Shown piece by piece: positions 36,943-47,388 of a stretch of 64,000 bases of DNA (the stretch's first letter is position 1; each line of letters begins with the position of its first letter). Below the pieces are notes generated by a model. That model had not been told where the DNA came from, searched no databases, and saw nothing but the letters and a program-made list of their open reading frames with translations. This DNA is from Cenococcum geophilum (taxonomy: Eukaryota). Made by a program: the position numbers and the translations under genes. The stretch is taken from positions 12,090,001 through 12,154,000 of the forward strand of contig CP158635.1 of assembly GCA_050273025.1 (NCBI GenBank), written 5' to 3'.

Positions 36943-39376
36943 TTTACGCAAAAACAGTTTTAGATGTCAGGAGATCAATCTTGTCTGGGAATATTTCCAC
37001 TCATACAAATTACCAGTATTCACCTATGCAAGAAAATCTAATGCCGCGTTTGTCGATACGCCCTCATGCATAATTAAGCTTTGATAACCCCTTGCTAAAA
37101 CCAATAACAGGTGCATATGGTCTTTTTTTGGTAAATCAAAACGATAAAATCTTCATGTTTGTAATGGGGAACTAAGCTGGGAAACGCTTTATTCAGTCAA
37201 TGAGGAGCTGCTTCTTCGAACTTACCAGTAGATTATCAAGATTATCACCACATCAGCCTCACTGTGGTTCTCCGCCATCAGATTTAATAATCTTGCAGGT
37301 AGTAGAGGCTCTTGTGGAGGCTCTACGAGAGGTGCATTATTAGAGACGGCAAGTTTACAAAATTTTATTGCGATCCCAGAGTTACGAGCTGTAGCTGCCG
37401 CTGCCGCTGCCCTTTGCCTCCCTAGCTCTCTGCTTCTACCTTGTGGCTCCAGGGTCTGCACGTGAGAAGGAACGAGGAAAAAGAAGAGAAGGATGAGCGG
37501 TTGGCAGAGGAGTAGTATACGGTGGGACGGGGTGGGTGTATCCTCGCGTTGATTAGAGTTTCCCCTCCCTCACATTCTCACATTAAAAGGTTAGAACTGG
37601 GCAGCCTAGCAAACTGTCGATCTGAATCAGGTTGTACTACCACCCTGTTTCAGATGTATTGTGTACCCCCTGTTCCCCCCCTATTGCCTGCACCTACACT
37701 GTGTATATATAGCCTCTTTTTCTTCATAGATCAATCTTTACACGAGTCCTTCTTTTCTTATAATCGGTGCACGGACTACCGATCGACACAAACAAAATAA
37801 GCTAATGAGATTGATAAGTCTGATAAGATTAATGGGTTCGATAATCCTATTTTATTGATGGCCCTGGTGGACTTCGTAAAACGCTGAAGTATGATGGTGT
37901 GTTGACAAACGCGGCGCGAGTAATTGTTAATTGTTGACCAGCTACGCTATCCATGAACAAATGGAAAATCTATATCTTATCCTCTTTTTGACATCTTTTA
38001 TAATGTGCCCGTAGGTATCGACGCATTCTTTTTAAACTTGGCGAAATCATTTTCTTCGATTCTTCGTCGTCGAAGTCATTGGTAATTTTTATAACTTAAT
38101 TTTACTCTATTTAGATCCCAGAGCAAATCTAGAAAATGCTCGAGCCATTTAGAGGTTCGTGGAAACGCCAAGTAACTAGTAATTGAGCGGTACCCACAGC
38201 TTTCAGGGATACCCCACTTTTTATTTAACGACAACAAGCGGTTCAAATACTAGCGTGTGAAGCATATTTGAACGTCGAGTCTCTGAGATTTCTCTATAAA
38301 AACCTGCTATGCGGTTAGACCTCGTTCACATACTCTTTTGCTCCGTAGATATAATTCGTGATCTACACCTGGAATATGATGAGTGTAAGATATCATCTAG
38401 CCTCGAAACCTTCGGTATTCGGTCGAGCGGCTTCGGATAAGTTATGCACAACCGAGATGGCATCAAAATCAAGAAGTTTAGTCACAGAATTGACAGCGCT
38501 ACGATCAAAGAGCTGGCTTACACTCGAGATCAAATAAATCCATAGCAGTACGTAACGTGATCTGCATACCTAGGCGACTACAATATAGATTCTTGGCGAC
38601 ATGGGACGTATATTCGCCAAGCGTTTTGGAGAACACGTTCTTTATTTCTCACCTTGGCCCCGATACATGCCAAAGACCTGAAAATGTCCTCGAATTAAAT
38701 TTCAATGGTTAGTAGAGCCACAGTGTCTTGGCTGGTAAAGAAACTTCCTATTCACGGATCGCTTTATCCACGTATTTTCATTGATTCAGGCTCTTACACC
38801 AATACGGCGCTGACATAACCCAAAAGTGAGGAGAGTTCTTTCGTGATTCATAAAAGCATTTATTATTTTAAGATCATGGCTAGGCCATACGTCAGCGTCC
38901 ATCTAAGAATATGGTCCGTGCGCGGAACACCAAAACCAGCCTCATATTCCTGAGCACGACGATTCGATTCGGTTGATTTAATTGGCTAGTCCTTATCGAT
39001 AACATATGGACGCAGACTGACGTGTTAAGGAATAAGCCTTGTTTTGCGTCAGGATCAAGCTGGACAACTACTATAAAGCTTGGCACAGTAATAGAATACT
39101 GTCCAAAATCCACGACCTCCAAAGAAACGTGATAGTATTACTCAACGAGTATGCTTTTTAGGACTCTGACTATTTTCGGCGCTTGTTCTAACAGTTCAAA
39201 TCATGGGATGTGGCGGCAATTTCAGCACCTTACGGGAAGCCGGCTTGGCAGTAATTCTAATAGCAGAACTACATAACCGAAGCACCATACTGATCCTGTA
39301 TTAGAGCGTATATCAAGCCGCGCGCATTGAACATCAACATGGTTGGCGCAGTTGCATGTTCCCTAGCTACGACAGA

Positions 39377-39428
39377 CAGTGATCTATTTGGACTGGCGTG
39401 GCGTGGATCTGAGGTCAAATCCACTCCA
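39377..39428 (+). mobile_element. Isolated hAT terminal fragment (~52 bp)
   Basis: CAGTGATCTATTTGGACTGGCGTGGCGTGGATCTGAGGTCAAATCCACTCCA is near-identical to the reverse complement of 10404-10455. Confidence 0.75.
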
Positions 39429-40120
39429 ATGCTGCAATCTGGATCCAGTGCACCATACCTAAATAGGAATAATAGTTATCTATATAGGCTAGCCCGAAAT
39501 TTCGGACCTAATTGGCGCGAGCGTCCGCGCTGGTCCAAATAGACCACTGACGACAGACGACCCAGCATACCCCCTCGCTTTAATGAGGGCTAAACCCCTT
39601 TGAAGACGAAAGTTTTGATCTCGGTAGATTGTACGTTGGGTTTTCATGGTAACGTCGTATATGTCTTGCGCCTTTAAAATTCCTGTAATCCACAACATAT
39701 TCGGTAGGTTCGCCGTGATGATAACAACGCGTGGGGTAGGCGGCGAAGGCTGGCTCTAATTCGCCTCCGGAGAAGAGTTAATATTACCCATGTCAAACAA
39801 GATAAGGATTGGCAATCAAGAGCCTGGTAACATGAAAAAGATGATACCTGATATTGTCGTTCATGACTTGAAGTACGATTCCACTGCTGCCTTGTTTAAT
39901 CTGGTGATGAAACAGGTCCTCAGCCTCAGCCTCAGCCGATCGGCCGCATACCTAAGTACGGAGTTCGAGGATTGTTATGGTTCTTAACAATAAATGAAGC
40001 TACCAGAGTCGATAAATGAGATTTTATTAACCATTTCTAAACTCAAAGGTGAAACCTGTAACCCCCCAAAAAATTGAATGGCGCTAGAGTGATTTCGCCT
40101 TCACTTCAAGTTTCTTGATA

Positions 40121-40961
40121 TTAGATATTTAATTTAAGAGTAGCGCAATCATTTGCCCGCGACTCTTCTGAGGGATTGACACGGGTAATCTCCACATCCT
40201 TCAAGCTATCGTTGTTTTGACTGTCGTCCTCATCTTCACTCCCGTCTCCAAATATTGCATCCTTGCCCTTTCCTCGATAAGTACTATTACCCAACTTCAC
40301 CCGACCTGAACCCAAAAAAGACCTCTTCGTGACCTTGCGATATTGAACCCCAAATATCCTCTAACCGTCCGCTTTATACGTTTCAGACTGCGTGGTGGCC
40401 AAGCCGCGCTGAGTCCCGGTGCTGGCTGGAGGTTGTACACAGCCGGGAAGGTTCTGGCCGCTGTTGGTGCGTATAACGCTATTACGATTATGCCCTACTG
40501 TGAGCTGAGCATCTGTGAGTACCAGTGCTGCTAGGCCATGTACACGATGCCCCCGTTGCGACGCAATGACTCGATCAGCTCAGTCCGTATCTGATTGTGC
40601 TTCATCATTTGGTCGAACATATCGTAGAAGTTTTGTGCCTTGTGAACTATGGCATGTTGTGCGCGCATTTTGAAGTTTACCCCATTTTCTACCGTGCCTG
40701 ACCTTAAATATGTCAGACAGCTGTGCTTGAGCTTGCCATGCGCTAGAGTCATTCGCTTGGCTTTCAAAGTCTGATAAGGGAAGTTCGACAACTGGGAAAG
40801 TTAAGGCACCTAGTATAGCCGCAAGCTTTGTTCGATCTTTAGGAACAAACGAAGCCACAGGGTCATACGGATTTTGGACAAAGGCCCCAACGATTTGGCC
40901 AGGTCTTCTGAATATCCAGAGGCGGTCGAAGCAGAAGAAAGGTTCGGCTCTCAGAAGGCAT
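40121..40961 (-). pseudogene. Fungal gasdermin-like (RCD-1/HET-Q1-type) gene, disrupted by ~3 frameshifts and one nonsense codon
   Basis: Reconstructed ~280 aa: MPSESRTFLLLRPP../QIVGAFVQNPYDP../..GIVYMA/LAALVLTDAQL..YKADG*RIFGVQYRKV..AIFGDGSEDEDDS.. This matches remembered fungal gasdermin motifs (LGxxVxNPxDP, VYMxxGxxxxxDA, GERIFAVQYRKV, acidic tail). Confidence 0.65.
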
Positions 40962-41180
40962 CTTTGCGTAACGCAAGGGGAACACCAAATATGTGCAGCA
41001 AGTGTTGGGAGATGTAGATAATCATGCCATGGAGAAGGTTGATCAGCCTGGAATAAACTGGAGCCTCAGCTCCTCTTATTATGAGGATTCGTATTGGTTG
41101 GCCCTCTCTGCCAAGAGGAAACTGCTGCAGGTGCCCATGACTTTCCCGCTTCCGGCAGGACTCTCCTGGTTAAAAACCTT

Positions 41181-42291
41181 TCAAGAATGCCGGAAATATA
41201 GGAAAACGGGGCTCCTCCAGGAATAATTGGGTGAGCGACCTAAGTATTATCAGTTACCTGCTATTGTATAAAATGAAATAAATGATGTACTGACGATAGT
41301 CTTTCCGAACAACTTTATACACCGTCTTGTAGAGCACGCGAAGCAGGCCTGAGCCACCAACAATGAGAGGGAGTATTTGCCCCGTGTTCCCTAACGTATT
41401 GACACCTTGGATGTGATTCCATTTGATGATGAGCTCTATAGTTAAAATGAAAAGCGCAAGGTCTAGAGAAAAACTGGTATGTGTCAAGACTGTTTCGTGC
41501 TGTCCAGAGTGGCCCGTCGCTACACTCGTGTTTGAGGCAGTGTGTTCCTCGTGGAAAGCCAAAATCTTGCCCACAGCAGAAATTGCCCCATGCACACGCC
41601 AGAGGCGGGCAACACCAAGAGAGCTCTCCAGAATCAAGAAGCTGCTAACGATTCCTGAGAGGGTAAATATAACCTTTAAGAAGGCGCGATACCAATGATA
41701 AAGATCGACCGGCGCAAAGAAAAAAGCTGTTCGGCTACATGGTGGATGAGCCATATTATCCATACCAATGTAAACGAACCAGATCCCGTAGTAAATAGAT
41801 GCTGCTGCAATAAGAACCCGGACTATTTGGCCGATGCGTGAGGCTTTGTAATCCGCGAAAGTCGTAGGAACTCGTTCGCCCAAAGCCTGGTCGTCATCGC
41901 TGGCATTTCCAAGTCCGCGGCCAGAACATACGCCGCCTGTGCAGAGTAGTAAGACTATGAAAGCTTCTACGGCGTAGGTAGTCCCGCTATTCTGAGATGA
42001 GCCCCGTCCTAGGGTAATGTACATAAGACCAGCGAAAGTCGACAATTGAAAGCAGTTATTCACGCCGCGCATCATGGCAGCTTCTTCTGGAACAAAGTTG
42101 TTGGAGATAGACGTTGTAACCCACTGAAAATACACGCCAAGTCTTATTCCCAGCCCATACATGTTATCGTCGCCTTTGAATCCGCATGGAGTCTCGATCA
42201 AGGGCTCTGAAGGAGAACAGGCGCCGAGGCTGATCATAAAAAATAAGGTAAAGAAAAATGCCAACAGCAGGGTGGGGGTGATTGTAGTCAT
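41181..42291 (-). CDS. Multi-pass membrane protein of a conserved fungal family (D.YGLGIR motif)
   Basis: Signal-like N-terminus, GDDNMYGLGIRLGVYFQW, several TM helices and IELIIKWNHI..GQILPL. A short last exon after an intron at ~41240-41295 is likely. Confidence 0.75.
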
Positions 42292-42775
42292 GGTTAAGGT
42301 TCTAGCGTCTGAAGTTAAATCTAGGAGTATTGAGATGGAGGTAGTAGAAACGCGAAGAATCATTTACCTTCAGCCTTTCCAAGTTGCGCGTTCGAACACG
42401 TGATACCAGCCACAGCCAGGCTCCTAGGCACTGCCTCCATCAGTATCTTCCATTATGTTACTTTGCCACTAACAAATCTGTAATGAGACTAAGTACACAG
42501 CACTGAAGACAGGGCGCTTCCACATTGAACCCTCGAAAACTCCAAGACTAATAAGCGAGATTTTCTCTTTTGGGTCGACCAGCATGACCATTGTTCGACA
42601 GGTCATAGCGAACCACATGAGCTGTGACCGACGCGTCTGAAACGTTTAGCACGCGCAGTTTTCTCACCTCACCCTTCCCCTCTTTTAAATTCCCAAGCCT
42701 CTCTCGTGGAACCTTTCCTAAACAATTATCCTAGCCGCCGGCCTTGCAAAACTCTTCATCAGCCAACAGGAAGCA

Positions 42776-43804
42776 ATGTCGAAAGCAAAAATTGCCATGA
42801 TAGCGGCTGCCGGCGCTGCTACCGGAGCAGCAGCAACAGCGGCGTTCTATTCCATCAGGAAAGACACACCCATCTCTCCCGCAGCGACAACGACAACGAT
42901 CACCACGGTGTCTACACCAACCCGTACCGGCCCTCCAGCGCCTGTCGCCATCTCTCCAGCTGTTCCTACAAGAGCTTCCCCAACCCTAGTTGACCCGAAT
43001 GGCCTCTTTCAATACGGTTTCCCCGGCCCTGTAGCCGACCTCCGCCCAGCAACCTCACTAACATCGTCCTACGACCGCCGTACTCGCAACCCGGCCTGGG
43101 TCGCCGAACACATAACTCCCGCTTCCCTCGCGGCTCACAATGCGGATCGCGAGCACAGCGCCTTCATTGAAGATCTTTCGATCCCCGAGAAATTCCGCGC
43201 GAAGCTGAAGGACTACTTCCGCAGCGGATACGACCGTGGGCATCAGGTCCCCGCAGCGGACGCAAAATGGAGCCAGGAGGCCATGGACGACACATTTCTG
43301 CTCAGTAATATGTGCCCGCAGGTAGGGAACGGATTCAATCGGGACTACTGGGCGCATTTCGAGGATTTCTGCCGCCGCCTGACCGGGAAATATCCTAGTG
43401 TGCGGATCGTGACAGGCCCATTGTACTTACCGCGTAGGGAACCGGATGGGAAGTGGAGGATCAGTTACGAGGTCATCGGAAATCCGCCAAATGTGGCTGT
43501 GCCGACCCACTTCTACAAGGTTATATTTGCGGAGGATGGGAGCGTGGGTGGAAAAGTGGCATTGGGGGCTTTTGTGCTGCCTAATGCACAGATAGCGAAC
43601 GACAAGCCCTTGACGGATTTTGAGGTCCCAGTCGAGGCGGTGGAGAGGGCTTCAGGGCTCGAGTTTGCGACAAAGCTCCCAGAGGTCAGGAGGAAGAGGC
43701 TGTGCCAGGAGATAAGCTGCTCGATCCTGGTTAGGGAGTACAAAGACCGCCAAAAAGCTTTCTTACCATCGGATAAGAGTCGCAATCCACCACTTAGCAG
43801 ATAA
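42776..43804 (+). CDS. NUC1: Mitochondrial endonuclease G (DNA/RNA non-specific nuclease)
   Basis: YDRRTRNPAWVAEH, SGYDRGHQVPAAD (DRGH motif), TFLLSNMCPQ, FNRDYW and VAVPTHFYKV; intronless 342 aa. Confidence 0.96.
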   Translation: MSKAKIAMIAAAGAATGAAATAAFYSIRKDTPISPAATTTTITTVSTPTRTGPPAPVAISPAVPTRASPTLVDPNGLFQYGFPGPVADLRPATSLTSSYDRRTRNPAWVAEHITPASLAAHNADREHSAFIEDLSIPEKFRAKLKDYFRSGYDRGHQVPAADAKWSQEAMDDTFLLSNMCPQVGNGFNRDYWAHFEDFCRRLTGKYPSVRIVTGPLYLPRREPDGKWRISYEVIGNPPNVAVPTHFYKVIFAEDGSVGGKVALGAFVLPNAQIANDKPLTDFEVPVEAVERASGLEFATKLPEVRRKRLCQEISCSILVREYKDRQKAFLPSDKSRNPPLSR

Positions 43805-44201
43805 GTTTAGCGTTCAGGCATTCCACTTGGCACATTCTGTTTTTTTGGGCTGGGCCGGCACTTCAACAGCGTATGCATAGGGTGGAGTAATTGCTGTGCT
43901 CTGCACTGTATTTCAGAAGTTCTCATGAAAGCTGTACAATACATTCGGCATTTCGTTTTTTGGGAGAGTCTGGACATTTTGCAAACTGTCCCGTGCTATA
44001 GTACAAGTTTTTTTGTTAAATGTAGACCGGTAATCTGCGCCATCCATCTCTATCACACCCTTAGTGGTACAACCATAACAATATACATAGCCGCCTAGAG
44101 TCCTTCCAAGTGGTAGCCGGCTGACATGTCCCATATATATCCTATACACCGCAATGCAGTTGTAAATTCATCAACCACTTACTCTAGCGTCTTGCCCAAC
44201 C

Positions 44202-44641
44202 CTAAAATGTTCCGCCTAGGCCTCCTGTGCTAGCTTCTTTCTGTATTCGCGCCACATACTGTCTCGAGACGACGTTCCACGCTGTCATATATTTCTCCAT
44301 GCATGCTGTGAAGCATGATTCCTCGCCCTTTGAGAGAGTGTTGCCGGGCTTGGGAACACAGCGCTCAAAGCAATGCTCATTGAGTTTCTGCAATGAAAGA
44401 ATCCATCAGTTGCTGCTTTGAAAAGGGGAAGAACACGAATTAATTTTTTGAGATGACTATGGTTTGGACCGAGAAGCCAGAAAGCACGGCGATGCAAGAA
44501 CAGTCATTCAAGGAGACCATTTACCTCTACCAACATCCGCGCATTTTGCACTGCCGCTTCCTGCTGGATTTGGCGCATGACGGCAGTTTTTGGGTCGCTG
44601 GAGGCAAAGGCGGAGAGGTTGGACCCGCCGAGGGAGTCCAT
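44202..44641 (-). CDS. TIM13: Mitochondrial intermembrane-space chaperone Tim13 (two exons)
   Basis: Exon 1 MDSLGG..DPKTAVMRQIQQEAAVQNARMLVE; exon 2 KLNEHCFERCVPKPG..EESCFTACMEKYMTAWN (twin CX3C). Confidence 0.93.
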
Positions 44642-45012
44642 TTTGAGAGATATTCAGGGCGATAGTTAAAATAATTGGTATTCGAATTGGAATAATCTCA
44701 AAGGGGTAAGATGATGAGATATCAACCCTGACGGCTGTAATTGAAGCTTGGGGTTGACGTTCAAGATTTGACGATGACCTCCGGCGGAACATCTTCGCTT
44801 CGCCTGCCGGCGTTCCCTCTTGGAAAGGACAGCTTGACACGAGCCGAGCGCTTCATCACAACCGTCTCTCCCTCACAGCCGCCCAACATTTTCCTTTTCT
44901 TTTCTTATATACGAATTACCTTCTCTCGAATTGCAGGAGTAAATATTTCCCCTGCGAATTTTCTCGCGCTCTCTTTTGACTTTCGTTTCACGGGGAGGTA
45001 TTGTAGTGCATA

Positions 45013-46278
45013 ATGCTGCTCCCGCGGCCATGGACTTGCCTGTGTCTGCTAGCAGGGAGCTTGACGGGGACTTGGGGTCTGGGATTGTCTGAGAACCCTG
45101 ATATCAAGGCCATATCAGTATGATCTTCCCTTATGCAAAGGACTAAGTGGAAGCTGATTTTGGGAATATAGCTACGGACACATAGTTTGGAGCCCGTGAG
45201 TTATCCCAGAATTCCACGGCTGCCTTTAGAGCCTATATTATCAAGGTTGAATTTGTAATCCTAACTCCAAGTTCTAGCCCTACCTCGATTCGGACATGCA
45301 AAGTCGTTGGTTCGATTTTGGTGGAGACACAATTGTTCGAACAGATAAATACATTCGTCTAGTGTCAGACAAGCCTTCAAGATCAGGATGGCTGTTCTCG
45401 CGAGTGCCACTGACGGCGACGAATTGGGAGGTACGCACGAAGCTCATACATGTTGCGCTTGTGGTATTGTTAAAATGTTAAGAATCTATGCTCACACGAC
45501 TACAGATCATCGTAGAATTCAAGATCCACGGGCAAGGAAACCTTTATGGCGACGGCATGGCAATGTGGCTCACCAAACAGCGAGCGCAACCGGGACCAGT
45601 CTTTGGATCCACAGACAACTTTGAAGGTTTAGGCATAATCTTTGACACGTACAAAAATAACAGGCCCGGTGTGGTGTTTCCGTATGTGATGGCAGTGAGC
45701 GGAGATGGTAACACAGTCTACGATAAGGATAATGATGGAAAGGCGAATGAATTGGCTGGATGCTCCGTACGCTTTCCCACGTCGCCTCTCACTCTACAAG
45801 GCCTCTGTCCTTAGTCCAATATCGAATCACTGACCGCTCCTAGGCCCGTGGCATTCGCAACCAAAATATTCCCACCAAAGCCCGTCTTACTTATTTCCAA
45901 GAGCAGTCTCTTAAACTTGACTTACAATACAAATCAGAAGACGAATGGACGGAGTGTTTCGAGATTCCAAATTTCAAAGTACCACCAGTCGCCTACCTTG
46001 GGTTCTCAGCCGAAACAGGCGAGCTCTCAGACCACCACGATATCATTTACGTCGGTACTAAGAATCTGTACCAACACAACACAGGGTCGAACAGTGGTAC
46101 TGCTGGACCGTCAACCTCAGGGAAGGGTGGAACAAAATTTGATAAGTATAACGCTGGGAAGAAAAAAGGGAGCTGGAGTTGGTTCTTTTTAAAGTTTGTG
46201 TTGTTTGGGCTGGCACTTACGGGGGCGTACGTGGGTTTCACCGTGTATCGGACGAAGAAGCGGGGATCAAGGTTCTAG
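45013..46278 (+). CDS. L-type lectin cargo receptor (VIP36/EMP47-like), multi-exon, type I membrane protein
   Basis: Signal peptide, RWFDFGGDTIVR, LYGDGMAMWLT, FEGLGIIFDTYKN, YLGFSAETGELSDHHDII, TM helix and ..KKRGSRF* tail. Confidence 0.9.
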
Positions 46279-46502
46279 GCAACACGAAAGGAAGGACATG
46301 GATCTGGGTGGGGCTTAACGTGTGCGTTCTGTACGAGTTTGGAAAAAAGGGAGTTCTCAAGCGTTTCATTAGTGGTATATATTCCTCTTCATTCAGACCC
46401 TTATTACGTTCCCTACCAATGCCATCACCATTTAAAGCATGGGACAAAAGGAGTAGCACAGAGATGATCTTTTCATTCCAATTGATAACCCAATTAAAGT
46501 CA

Positions 46503-47299
46503 CAGGGGTCCTCAGATTAGCTCTCACGTTCTCACCGACAACCACGCGCACCTCACCAACCATTTCCCCTCGCGGAGTCCAGAATCGGTTAGCTGCCGGG
46601 CTGCCTGTCCAAATTTGGCTTTTGACACATGGATATCATCACCGGACCAAACCACCGCCTCCTCCGTCCCACCTTGCCCTCCCCGCTCTAAAACGGCTAA
46701 GGGTAACCCACCACAACCCCACACGCCGAGCTGGCGACTCGCGCTCCGATTGAAAACTACTATGTAATGTCTCAGCAGCGACACGCGCGCCTCCCTGAGG
46801 ATGACGGGGCGCTTCGAGGAGGAAGGTGTCGTCACAGCGCGCTCGGCGGGGGGTAGATTGGAGGGTTGGATGGGCGGATCGGGACGGGCCTGAGAACCGC
46901 GGCGGGCTTTCAGTGGCTACGAACGCGCAGAGCGGAGGCCGCCCGTACTGCAGCGCGGGGCTGCGAGTACTCCCATCTGGTTTCTGTTCGGTGTCGCGCA
47001 TCGCGGGGACCTAAGCCTGATGGTGAAGGGCGCCACTTGCGTAGCTCGGTGAGATCTTCATCACTGGGATACTAGGGGGAGTTAGTTTGGAGAGGTTGCG
47101 GGGACTGGGGTGGGGGGCTGTACTCGCTGTTCGTGCGTGAGGGAAGAATGGATAGGCACGAGGTGAGGTTGAAGTACAGTAGACGCGATTTGCGAGGTGG
47201 GCGTTGTGGGTCGCCGAAGCTCTGACGGGGTTCTTGGCAATGTGGAATTTTTGAACATCACAAAGCTTCAATTCGGCTGTCACCGTATTCAGACCCCTG
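46503..47299. ncRNA. Candidate large structured non-coding RNA (class unknown)
   Basis: GC-rich intergenic tract closed by CAGGGGTC/GACCCCTG, with nested complementary segments. Sm-like AATTTTTG at 47246-47253. No credible protein. Confidence 0.4.
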
Positions 47300-47388
47300 C
47301 ACCGATAATGAATAAATGCGGCTTTCAAAAGTAATAGCTCTTATTAGCTAGTATATTCTTTTGTTACCCGAAGTGGCTCTGATTCGGC

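Noticed and set aside
26500..42400. Starship giant transposon carrying NLR cargo
   Set aside because: No DUF3435 captain at either edge; the YR genes at 2-9 kb are Crypton type.
46503..47299. Telomerase RNA, RNase P/MRP, U3 or U4 identity for the structured tract
   Set aside because: No CTAACCCTAA-type template and only partial, inconsistent matches to the conserved boxes; left unclassified.
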